The position numbers and the translations under genes were made by a program. Positions 11,019 to 19,999 of a stretch of 64,000 nt of DNA are shown one piece after another. This stretch comes from an uncultured Pelagibacteraceae bacterium (GTDB lineage: Bacteria; Pseudomonadota; Alphaproteobacteria; Pelagibacterales; Pelagibacteraceae): NCBI GenBank assembly GCA_902571235.1, contig CACGBI010000003.1:315-64314 (forward strand), in the 5' to 3' direction. The notes beneath the pieces were generated by a model. That model searched no databases. It was not told the DNA's origin and saw only the letters and a list, made by a program, of their open reading frames with translations. Numbering within the stretch: position 1 is the stretch's first letter; every line of letters starts with the position of its first letter.

Positions 11019-11615
11019 TTACGTAAGAGTATCTACTAGTTGCCAGTTTGGATTATTTGATCTTGTGTCTCTTGAAAAAACCCAAGTATCATATATCTTT
11101 TTTATTTTTTCCGGATCTCCTGAGATAATTTTTTTATCTTTATCTTTTATGCATGTGATGACTTCACTTACAAAATCAACAGTTACATTTAAAATCTTAT
11201 TCACTGTTTTGTGCTCTTTAATTTTTGCTGAGTTTACACCTATAAAAGTAATTTCAGCAAAATGACCCCTTTGACTTCTTTCCTTCAAAGCATCTTCAAA
11301 TTGATCACGAATATTTTTACTTAATAAAGGTTTGCTAGCTATAAGCTTATTATCATTATCACTAAAATCGGTAATAATGGTTTCATAGGCAATTTTTGCA
11401 CCCTTTATGAATTCTTTTTGTGCCTTCTCATCAAAGTTTTCTTTAGGTGCAAATCTTTTTTCTGTTTGAATATCATTTAACACTTTTTCAAATTGTGATG
11501 GTGCTTTTCCCTCAAATCCTGTTCTTTTTCCCAAAATACCTCTTAATCTCAAAAAAATAAATCCAGCAATCATTGCAAGGAGTATTATATCAATATATTC
11601 AAAACTATAATTCAT
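11019..11615 (-). CDS. Tim44/TimA-family membrane protein
   Basis: AMIAGFIFLRLRGILGKRTG, F..GAK.AYE.I, DTWVFSRD...PNWQL. Confidence 0.9.
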   Translation of the reverse strand: MNYSFEYIDIILLAMIAGFIFLRLRGILGKRTGFEGKAPSQFEKVLNDIQTEKRFAPKENFDEKAQKEFIKGAKIAYETIITDFSDNDNKLIASKPLLSKNIRDQFEDALKERSQRGHFAEITFIGVNSAKIKEHKTVNKILNVTVDFVSEVITCIKDKDKKIISGDPEKIKKIYDTWVFSRDTRSNNPNWQLVDTLT

Positions 11616-11672
11616 GAGCTAAATGTAATTACTAAGTTGAATAATTTCAACTAACAATTACATTAAAGACAA

Positions 11673-12098
11673 ATGAACACAGTTTTATTATCAATTATCC
11701 TAATTCCCATTTTAGAAATTTACCTATTTATAAAAATTGGCTCTCAAATTGGTGCATTTAATACTATTTCATTAATATTTATTACTGCAATCATTGGGGT
11801 TTATTATGCAAAATATGAGGGGTTAAACACTATTAGATCTGGTTTTATGCAAATTGTTAAAAATCAAACTCCGGCTTATGAAATTATTTCTGGTGCTGCA
11901 ATTGCTTTTGCTGCAATTCTTTTGATCCTACCAGGCTTTGCTACCGATTTTTTTGGTTTTTTATTAATCTTTCCAATAACAAGAAAATTAATTTTTGGAA
12001 ATCTTTCAAATAAGTTTAAAAGAAAAGTATCTAAAGAAAATAATTTTATAGAAGGTGAGTATGAAGATATAGAAGACAATGATGACAGAAAAATTTAA
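11673..12098 (+). CDS. fxsA: FxsA family membrane protein
   Basis: IPILEIYLFIKIG, LLILPGFATD, IEGEY. Confidence 0.92.
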   Translation: MNTVLLSIILIPILEIYLFIKIGSQIGAFNTISLIFITAIIGVYYAKYEGLNTIRSGFMQIVKNQTPAYEIISGAAIAFAAILLILPGFATDFFGFLLIFPITRKLIFGNLSNKFKRKVSKENNFIEGEYEDIEDNDDRKI

Positions 12099-12504
12099 GA
12101 TTCTTGCAAAATATATTAAAGACTTGTCGAGCGAAACGCCTGATATAGAAACATTTATATTTGTTAGAGATAATATTTCAAAATATCAGCTAAATATAGA
12201 TATTACATCTAAAGCTTTAAAAAATAAACTAATTGAAATTAATACAACTCTAAAATTTGAAGATAAAGAAGCTAATGAAAAAAAATCATATTTTGAAATA
12301 GTTTATGCAACTATAATTAAAGTTGATGATACAATTAAAGAAAAAAAAGATTTAGAAAAGATAATTTTATGTGATGTTCAAACAAAAATATATCCAGATT
12401 TAGAAAATTCTTTTCTAAATTTAATTCATAATTCTGGCCATCCATCAATAAAATTAGAGAAAAAAATTGATTTTAATAAATTATATAAAGAGAGATTTAA
12501 TTAA
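12079..12504 (+). CDS. secB: Protein-export chaperone SecB (divergent)
   Basis: YIKDLSSETP (cf. YxKDLSFE.P), IDF..LY C-terminus; fxsA-secB/dnaQ synteny. Confidence 0.85.
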   Translation: MMTEKFKILAKYIKDLSSETPDIETFIFVRDNISKYQLNIDITSKALKNKLIEINTTLKFEDKEANEKKSYFEIVYATIIKVDDTIKEKKDLEKIILCDVQTKIYPDLENSFLNLIHNSGHPSIKLEKKIDFNKLYKERFN

Positions 12505-13162
12505 AAAAATTTTTCTTTAAATCTTTTTTTAAAAAATCTTTGTGTTTTTCTAATTCTTCAGGGGAAGGTTTTATCACTTTTTTAAAATACAAAATATTTC
12601 TATTTTCTGATAATTGAAGTTTGTCATCCTGATTTTGAAAATCTAAAGTTGGTTCTTTTTGATCTATGAGATTAATATATACTTTCGCCAGTAAATCACA
12701 GTCGATTAATGCTGTGTGCTGAACTCTTTTGGAATTATCTATACGATATCTTTTACATAAAGCATCAAGACTTATTGATGAACCTGGGAATTTATCTCTA
12801 GCTAAAATAAGAGTATCAATTATTTCATTTTTAATTTTATCTTTTCCTAAAATTTCTAATTCATGATTTAGATGTGCTAAATCAAATTCGGCATTGTGAA
12901 TTATCAATTTTTTTCCATTTATAAATTTTAAAAATTCATCGACAACATTTTGAAATTTTTTTTGTTTAGATAAAAAATCATCAGAATAACCGTGAACTTC
13001 AAATGCTTTCTCGGAAACTTTTCTTTCAGGGTTTAAATAACAGTGAAACTTATTTTTTGTAGGCACTAAGTTGTCAAGCTCTATACATCCGATTTCAACA
13101 ATTCTGTGGCCTTCTTTAACTGATATACCTGTTGTCTCTGTATCTAATACTACTTCTTTCAT
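12497..13162 (-). CDS. dnaQ: DNA polymerase III epsilon subunit
   Basis: VLDTETTG, HRIVEIG, IHNAEFD, SLDALC, HTALID. Confidence 0.96.
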   Translation of the reverse strand: MKEVVLDTETTGISVKEGHRIVEIGCIELDNLVPTKNKFHCYLNPERKVSEKAFEVHGYSDDFLSKQKKFQNVVDEFLKFINGKKLIIHNAEFDLAHLNHELEILGKDKIKNEIIDTLILARDKFPGSSISLDALCKRYRIDNSKRVQHTALIDCDLLAKVYINLIDQKEPTLDFQNQDDKLQLSENRNILYFKKVIKPSPEELEKHKDFLKKDLKKNFFN

Positions 13163-13732
13163 CTATATAATCTGATTTAAAATACTTTTAATGGACTTTT
13201 TAACAGATTTATTCGTAAAATCATTTTTAATAATAAATTTAGATTTTTTCTTTTTATAACTGAGCGGTAACTGAATATCTTTGAATTTCCTATAAAGTTT
13301 TTCATTAAAATTTTTTCTTTTTTTCAATTTTTTTAAAATATCTGATTTTTTTGACTCAACGAATACTAGAATATCTTTCTTATTATTTATCTTATTTTCT
13401 AATAAAAGCGGTATATCTAAAATTAAAATTTTTTTACTTTTATTCTTTCTTAAAAAAGCATTCATTTTCTTTCTTACCTCTTTATGGACAACTTTAATTA
13501 TTCTTTTTAAATTACTATTACTAAATAATATTGCTTTTGTAATTTCACTTTTATTGATTGGAAAAGAATAAATAAATTTAGGTAAAGATTTTTTAAGTTT
13601 TTTAAAAACTTTCAAATCATTTTTATATAATTTGATTACCTCTTTATCGGCATTAAAAACTGGATATCCAAAGCACCTAGCTACATGACTTTTGCCCGAT
13701 CCAATATCACCTAAAATTCCAATTTTAATCAT
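13163..13732 (-). CDS. coaE: Dephospho-CoA kinase
   Basis: GDIGSGKS P-loop, FNADK, DIPLLLE; aroE-coaE-dnaQ synteny. Confidence 0.9.
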   Translation of the reverse strand: MIKIGILGDIGSGKSHVARCFGYPVFNADKEVIKLYKNDLKVFKKLKKSLPKFIYSFPINKSEITKAILFSNSNLKRIIKVVHKEVRKKMNAFLRKNKSKKILILDIPLLLENKINNKKDILVFVESKKSDILKKLKKRKNFNEKLYRKFKDIQLPLSYKKKKSKFIIKNDFTNKSVKKSIKSILNQII

Positions 13733-14523
13733 TAATCTAATAACTTAATTACTTCATCATCAACATTGGGTTGAATACCATGCCAAATTTTAAAAGCTTT
13801 TGCTGCTTGAAAAATAAACATTTTTTTCCCGTTCTCAATTTTATTACCCAAATCTTTACCTTTTTTCAAAAAATTAGTTTCCCTAGGATTATAAATAACG
13901 TCATAAAAAAATTTGTTCTTACCAATTTTTGAAAAATCCAAATCTAAATTTTCATCTTTTTTCAAACCTACACTAGTTGCGTTTACAATCATATCAAACT
14001 CGGGTAATTCTCCCCAATCAACTATTTTAATTTTATTATAAAGATTTTGTAAATTTTCAGCTTTCGATTTTGTTCTATTAGCCAATATAACACTTGAAAC
14101 TTTCATTTTATATAGTGCAAAAATTATAGATGGTGCAACTCCACCAGACCCTAACACTAAAACTTTTTTTCCTAAAAGATTATATTTCGTATCTTTAATA
14201 GCATTTTCAAATCCATCTATATCGGTGTTGTGACCAACGATTTTACCATCAGTTAATATAATTGTATTAACTGATTGAGTGACCTCAGCGTCCAGGGTCA
14301 ATCTGTCTAGATGAGGAATTATCTCTTTTTTAAACGGAACGGTAACATTTATTCCACTAATATTTTTTTCTTTAACTTTTTCTATTAAACCTTTTAAATC
14401 ATCACTATTTAATTCTTTTTTATCATATACTGCTTTAAGGTTGTTTTTTTTTATCCAATAATTGTGAAGTTTAGGAGATAAAGAGTGATCGATTGGATTC
14501 CCAATTACTAAATAGTTATTCAT
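13732..14523 (-). CDS. aroE: Shikimate dehydrogenase
   Basis: GNPIDHSLSPKLH, NVTVPFK, SVNT, HNTD, YDVIYNP. Confidence 0.96.
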   Translation of the reverse strand: MNNYLVIGNPIDHSLSPKLHNYWIKKNNLKAVYDKKELNSDDLKGLIEKVKEKNISGINVTVPFKKEIIPHLDRLTLDAEVTQSVNTIILTDGKIVGHNTDIDGFENAIKDTKYNLLGKKVLVLGSGGVAPSIIFALYKMKVSSVILANRTKSKAENLQNLYNKIKIVDWGELPEFDMIVNATSVGLKKDENLDLDFSKIGKNKFFYDVIYNPRETNFLKKGKDLGNKIENGKKMFIFQAAKAFKIWHGIQPNVDDEVIKLLD

Positions 14524-15100
14524 AGTTTTTTAGATAATCTTTAATTTTGTCAATTGGAAGGCCCATAATAGTATTTTCATCTCCTTTTATCTCTGAAAAT
14601 AATTTTCTTCCTTCACCTTCAATTTGATAGACATTGTAAGCATATAAAGCTTCATCAGATATTTTATCTAAATAAGATATTAATTGATTATCAGAAAAGC
14701 TTTTCATTATCAGTGTTGCTTTATCTGTATAATTCCAGATCATATTTCCACCCTTTGAAATACAGACTGAGCTTATAAGAAAATGTGATTTTCCATTTAA
14801 TAATTTTAAAATATCCAGCGCTTCTTTTCTATTATTTGGTTTTGAAATGATCTTTCCCTCTAAATCAATCACACTATCAGCCCCTAATACTAATTTATTA
14901 GAAAATTTTACACTTACTTTGTTAGCTTTCAATTCCGCCAAATTTTTAGAAATCATTTCCGGAGATGAATTTTCTATTAATAAAGCTTTCTTAACACTAT
15001 CCTCGTCTACATTTGATGGTACTACATCACAAAAAATACCACCAGATTCTAAAATTTTTTTCCTAACTTTGCTTTTTGAAGCTAAAATAATATTATTCAT
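14516..15100 (-). CDS. maf: Maf family nucleoside triphosphate pyrophosphatase
   Basis: IILASKS, NVDE, LAELKA, LGADSV, KP, IMGLP. Confidence 0.93.
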   Translation of the reverse strand: MNNIILASKSKVRKKILESGGIFCDVVPSNVDEDSVKKALLIENSSPEMISKNLAELKANKVSVKFSNKLVLGADSVIDLEGKIISKPNNRKEALDILKLLNGKSHFLISSVCISKGGNMIWNYTDKATLIMKSFSDNQLISYLDKISDEALYAYNVYQIEGEGRKLFSEIKGDENTIMGLPIDKIKDYLKNYE

Positions 15101-15920
15101 TATTTTGAGTATATATTTCGTGAATTTTAATAATTGATGCCGCTGTTTCTTCTACAGATTTTCTTGTAACGTCAATAGTTGGCCAACCATATCTTTTAAA
15201 AGTTTTTTTTGCTTCATCTATTTCTTTTTGGATATTTCCAATATTTGTATATTTTTTATTATCTGTCTCTTTTAATGAATTCATCCGGTTCTTTCTTACA
15301 TCGACAAGTCTTTCGGCCTCAGTATTTAAGCCTATTACACAACTAATTTTAGGATTATCTTTTAATATCTTTGGAATTGAGTTTTCATTTATTAATGGAA
15401 TATTTGAAGTCTTGTAGCCTTTGTTAGCCAAGTATATTGATGTTGGGGTTTTGCTTGTTCTACTTACACCAAGTAAAATTATATCTGATTTTCCAACTTC
15501 ATTTACTAAATTTCCATCATCATGATTCATTGTGAACTGTATTGCTTCTATACGTTGGTAATATTCTTCATTTAATACATGTTGGCCGCTAGGTTCGTGG
15601 GAAGCTTTTTGATTTAATAACTTAGAGAAACTTAAAATTAAATTACCTAAAACTCCAAAACAAGGTAGGCCTTTGTCATCACTTTGATTTGCTAAAAATT
15701 TTGCAAGATTATTATCTACAATTGTATATAATATAATTGAATTTTCATTTTTTTTAGCAATTTCTAAAATCTTTGTAATTTGATTTTCTGTTCTCGTAAA
15801 TGAGTAAGGATGAACTTTATATTCAATGTTCTTAAATTGAGCTTTTAAGGCTAAAAATATTCTATCTAAGGTTTCGCCTGTTGAATCTGAAATTAAGTAT
15901 ATTTGAAAAGTATTACTCAT
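15093..15920 (-). CDS. Pyruvate phosphate dikinase / PEP synthase regulatory protein (DUF299, PSRP)
   Basis: ISDSTGET, HDDG, LGVSRTSKTPTSIYLA, IDVTRKSVEETA. Confidence 0.93.
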   Translation of the reverse strand: MSNTFQIYLISDSTGETLDRIFLALKAQFKNIEYKVHPYSFTRTENQITKILEIAKKNENSIILYTIVDNNLAKFLANQSDDKGLPCFGVLGNLILSFSKLLNQKASHEPSGQHVLNEEYYQRIEAIQFTMNHDDGNLVNEVGKSDIILLGVSRTSKTPTSIYLANKGYKTSNIPLINENSIPKILKDNPKISCVIGLNTEAERLVDVRKNRMNSLKETDNKKYTNIGNIQKEIDEAKKTFKRYGWPTIDVTRKSVEETAASIIKIHEIYTQNNE

Positions 15921-16199
15921 GTATTAAGTGTTGATAAATATGAATATTTATATGTTTTATTCATCCCTCCTAAGCTAAATTAAAATTTAATGTAAACATT
16001 AATAATTATTCACAATAATAAACATGTTAATAAATTTATACATTTTTCTTAATAATTTATTATTTGTTTAAATTTACATTAAATATCAACAATTATTGTT
16101 ATTATTGATTTAATAATCTGTTCACAAAAGGTGTGTAAAAGTTAATTATCGTAATTAACAAGATATAATACTAATACAATTATATATATTATTAATTAT
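15921..16199. other. Probable chromosomal replication origin (oriC)
   Basis: Largest intergenic gap, very AT-rich, in the DUF299/hemE position known for alphaproteobacterial origins; DnaA-box-like TTATTCACA 16006-16014, TGTTGATAA 15929-15937, TGTGTAAAA 16132-16140; flanking genes diverge; parS/parAB about 9 kb away. Confidence 0.75.
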
Positions 16200-17201
16200 A
16201 TGACTCCGATTAACAAAGTTATCAGGGAAAAAACAACAAATATAAATCCTATATGGGTAATGAGACAAGCAGGTAGATATTTGCCTGAGTTTAGAGAGAT
16301 TAGATCTAAAAATACTGATTTTATAAAACTATGTTTAAGCCCAAGTTTATCTACTGAAATTACTCTTCAACCATTAAAAAGATTTGATTTTGATGCAGCA
16401 ATTATTTTTTCAGACATATTAATGTTGCCATACGGTTTAAATCAAAATGTAGAATTCAAAAAAGATTTAGGTCCTATTTTGGGTCAGCTTGATTTAAATA
16501 AAATATCTAAAGTGAAAGAAATTGATTTTGTTGAAAGAGTTAAACAAGTTTATAAAGCTATAAAAAATGTAAGTAATAATGATATTTTAAAAAATAAAAA
16601 TACTATTGGATTTGTTGGTGCTCCTTGGACCATACTAGTTTATATGATAAATCAAAAATCACCTAAAAAACAATTAAAAAAAGATTTTTTTGAAAATAAA
16701 GATTTAATAAATAATCTTTTATTAATTATTGAGAAATTTTTAAAAATTCATATTAAAAATCAAATAGATAGCGGTGCAAATTTAATTCAAATATTTGATA
16801 GTTGGGCAGGATTATTAGAAGACGAAGACCTACCATATTATATATATAACCCAACACTAAATTTGGTTAAATTCATTCAATCTTTAAAGACACCTGTCAT
16901 ATGTTTTCCAAGGAACATCAAGGATTATAAAAAATATTGTGACTTTATAAAACCTGACGCAATTTGTATTGATTATGAAGTTGATCCAGCAAAGATAGAA
17001 AAAGAGATAAACATACCCATACAAGGTGGAATGGATCCAAAAATTTTACTTACAGACAAAGAAAATATAAAAAAAGAAGCAATCAAATATCTAGATATAT
17101 TTAAAGATCATCCGTATATTTTTAATCTGGGTCACGGAGTTTTACCACAAACAAATCCAGAAATGATGGAATATCTGGTTAAAACTGTAAAAGATTATTA
17201 A
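16200..17201 (+). CDS. hemE: Uroporphyrinogen decarboxylase
   Basis: WVMRQAGRYLPE, DAAIIFSDIL, QIFDSWAG, FNLGHG. Confidence 0.97.
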   Translation: MTPINKVIREKTTNINPIWVMRQAGRYLPEFREIRSKNTDFIKLCLSPSLSTEITLQPLKRFDFDAAIIFSDILMLPYGLNQNVEFKKDLGPILGQLDLNKISKVKEIDFVERVKQVYKAIKNVSNNDILKNKNTIGFVGAPWTILVYMINQKSPKKQLKKDFFENKDLINNLLLIIEKFLKIHIKNQIDSGANLIQIFDSWAGLLEDEDLPYYIYNPTLNLVKFIQSLKTPVICFPRNIKDYKKYCDFIKPDAICIDYEVDPAKIEKEINIPIQGGMDPKILLTDKENIKKEAIKYLDIFKDHPYIFNLGHGVLPQTNPEMMEYLVKTVKDY

Positions 17202-18199
17202 TGAAAAAAGATTTAGAACATCCCCCTATAAATTTTGGAAAAACTGGAGTTTTAATAATAAATCTAGGAACCCCAGACTCAACAAGCTGGTTAGACATAA
17301 GAAAATATTTAAAAGAATTTTTATCTGACAGAAGAGTAATAGAGGTGAATCCTATAATATGGCAAATTATATTAAATGTTTTTATATTGAATCTAAGACC
17401 CTCGAAAACAGCAAAAGCTTATAAAGAAATATGGATGAAGGAAGAAAATATTTCTCCACTTTTATATTTTACAAAAAAACAAGCAGAAAAATTATCAATC
17501 TCAATTTCGAAAGAAAATTTAGTAGTAGATTATGCTATGAGGTATGGAAATCCAAGCATAAGAAGTAAAATAAAAACTCTTCACGAAATTGGTTGTGAAA
17601 ATTTGGTAATACTTCCGCTATATCCTCAATATGCCGCTGCCACTACAGCTACTGTTTGTGATGAAGTATATAGAACACTTATGAAAATGAGATGGCAACC
17701 GTCTCTTAAAATAATTCCTCATTATGAATCTGATCCTTTATATATAGCAGCATTAGTTAACTCCCTGAATAAGAAGATTAAAGAAATTAATTGGAAACCA
17801 GATCTAATATTAGCTTCCTATCATGGTATTCCTCAAAAATATTTTGATAAAGGAGATCCCTATCATTGCTACTGTCATAAAACCACGAGACTAATATCTG
17901 AAAAATTTAACTCAATTGAAATCAAGACTACATTTCAGTCTAGATTTGGCCCGCAAAAATGGCTTCAACCTTATACTGATAAAGCTTTAGAAAACTTGCC
18001 AGCTGAAGGAAAAAAAAATGTTTTAGCCATATGTCCTGGTTTTTCCTCAGATTGTGTTGAAACTCTAGAGGAAATACTTATCCAAGGCAAAGAGAGCTTT
18101 TTAAATTCTGGCGGTGAAAATTTTGACATGGTACCATGCCTAAACGATAGTGACGATCACATTGCGTTATTAAAATCCTTAATTCAAAAAAGCGTATAA
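17201..18199 (+). CDS. hemH: Ferrochelatase
   Basis: NLGTP, FLSDRRV, AMRYGNPS, LPLYPQY, SYHGIP, FQSRFG, DCVETLEE. Confidence 0.96.
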   Translation: MKKDLEHPPINFGKTGVLIINLGTPDSTSWLDIRKYLKEFLSDRRVIEVNPIIWQIILNVFILNLRPSKTAKAYKEIWMKEENISPLLYFTKKQAEKLSISISKENLVVDYAMRYGNPSIRSKIKTLHEIGCENLVILPLYPQYAAATTATVCDEVYRTLMKMRWQPSLKIIPHYESDPLYIAALVNSLNKKIKEINWKPDLILASYHGIPQKYFDKGDPYHCYCHKTTRLISEKFNSIEIKTTFQSRFGPQKWLQPYTDKALENLPAEGKKNVLAICPGFSSDCVETLEEILIQGKESFLNSGGENFDMVPCLNDSDDHIALLKSLIQKSV

Positions 18200-18202
18200 T
18201 TA

Positions 18203-18637
18203 ATGAACACTTACTTACTTTTTAAATCATTGCATCTAATAGCGGTAATTTCTTGGATGGCCGGACTATTATATTTACCAAGAATTTTTGTTTATCATGT
18301 TGAGAATAAAGAAAAAAAAGAAGCAACAGATATTTTTGAAGTTATGGAAAGAAGGTTGTTTTATTACATTATGCGGCCTGCAATGATTTTTACTTGGGTT
18401 TTTGGATTAGCATTAATCTATTTAAATGGGATAGAGATTTTTTCTCAATTGTGGTTTCAAATAAAAATTGTCCTGATAATCTTGCTGTCAGGCTATAATG
18501 ATTATTTGGGAAAATGTCTAAATGCTTTGAAGAATTCTACAAACACAAGATCTGCAAAATTTTTTAGGATTATTAACGAAATACCAACGTTAATTTTAAT
18601 TATCGTTGTATTTTTGGCTATTTTTAAGCCAATCTAG
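18203..18637 (+). CDS. hemJ: Protoporphyrinogen oxidase HemJ
   Basis: KSLHLIAVISWMAGLLYLPRIFVYH, FRIINEIP, C-terminal KP. Confidence 0.94.
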   Translation: MNTYLLFKSLHLIAVISWMAGLLYLPRIFVYHVENKEKKEATDIFEVMERRLFYYIMRPAMIFTWVFGLALIYLNGIEIFSQLWFQIKIVLIILLSGYNDYLGKCLNALKNSTNTRSAKFFRIINEIPTLILIIVVFLAIFKPI

Positions 18638-18639
18638 GG

Positions 18640-18667
18640 TTGAAATAACAATTAAAGCATATATATT
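18640..18667 (+). promoter_or_regulatory. Candidate promoter of rho
   Basis: TTGAAA-N16-TATATT in the hemJ-rho gap. Confidence 0.45.
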
Positions 18668-18701
18668 AAACTCATTATTAAGTCCTTAATAATTTTTAAT
18701 C

Positions 18702-19970
18702 ATGAACATACAAGAATTAAAACTTAAATCATCTGAACAGCTTATTACACAAGCAGAAGAGCTTGGTATAGAAAACGCCAGTACATTAAGAAAACAAGAA
18801 ATACTTTTCGCAATTCTTAAAAAAGTAGCAGAAAAAGAGGAAATAACAGGTGCTGGGGTTTTACAATTACTTCAGGATGGATTCGGTTTTTTAAGAGCAA
18901 TGGAATCTAATTACTTACCTGGACCAGATGATATTTACGTTAGTCCAAGTCAAATAAGAAAATTTGGTTTAAGAACAGGAGATACTGTCGAGGGACCTGT
19001 TAGAGCACCTAAAGAGGGCGAAAGGTATTTTGCATTATTACAAGTTAGTAAAATAAATTTTGAGGAACCAGATAAGTCAAGACATAAAATTGCATTCGAC
19101 AACCTAACACCACTTTATCCAGACAAGCAGCTAGTGATGGAGGTAGAGACAACAAAAATAGAAAAAAAACCAGATCTTACCCCAAGACTAATCGACTTAG
19201 TTAGTCCAATAGGAAAAGGACAACGATCAATTATTATTTCACCCCCTAAGGCAGGAAAAACTATGATTTTACAAAGTATCGCTAATTCAATAGCTAAAAA
19301 CTATCCAGAGTGTTACTTGATAGTACTATTAATCGATGAGAGGCCTGAAGAGGTTACAGACATGCAAAGAACTGTTAAGGGTGAAGTTATAAGTTCAACA
19401 TTTGATGAACCCGCGCAAAGACACGTCGCTGTTGCTGAAATGGTAATTGAAAAAGCAAAAAGACTAACTGAGCATAAAAAAGATGTTGTGATACTTTTAG
19501 ACTCCATTACTAGACTTGGAAGAGCTTATAATGCTGTCATACCAAGCTCAGGTAAAGTCTTAACAGGAGGTGTTGACGCTAATGCATTACAAAGACCAAA
19601 AAGATTTTTTGGAGCTGCTAGAAATATTGAGGAAGGTGGATCTTTAACTATTATTTCAACTGCACTTATAGATACTGGAAGTAGGATGGATGAAGTAATT
19701 TTTGAAGAATTTAAGGGTACTGGTAACAGTGAAACTGTTTTAGACAGAAAGATTGCAGACAAAAGAATTTATCCTGCAATAGATATAACAAAATCAGGTA
19801 CTAGAAGAGAAGAGCTTTTGTTTGATAAAAATGATTTACAAAAGATGAACGTACTAAGAAGAATCATTGCTCCAATGGGCACAATGGATGCAATTGAATT
19901 TATTAGTTCAAAATTAAAAGATACAAAAAATAATGCTGAATTTTTTAATTCTATGAATAAGCCTTCATAA
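18702..19970 (+). CDS. rho: Transcription termination factor Rho
   Basis: [47 protein letters not shown]. Confidence 0.98.
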   Translation: MNIQELKLKSSEQLITQAEELGIENASTLRKQEILFAILKKVAEKEEITGAGVLQLLQDGFGFLRAMESNYLPGPDDIYVSPSQIRKFGLRTGDTVEGPVRAPKEGERYFALLQVSKINFEEPDKSRHKIAFDNLTPLYPDKQLVMEVETTKIEKKPDLTPRLIDLVSPIGKGQRSIIISPPKAGKTMILQSIANSIAKNYPECYLIVLLIDERPEEVTDMQRTVKGEVISSTFDEPAQRHVAVAEMVIEKAKRLTEHKKDVVILLDSITRLGRAYNAVIPSSGKVLTGGVDANALQRPKRFFGAARNIEEGGSLTIISTALIDTGSRMDEVIFEEFKGTGNSETVLDRKIADKRIYPAIDITKSGTRREELLFDKNDLQKMNVLRRIIAPMGTMDAIEFISSKLKDTKNNAEFFNSMNKPS

Positions 19971-19999
19971 GATAGGTTTTTCATTTATTAAGCATTTAT

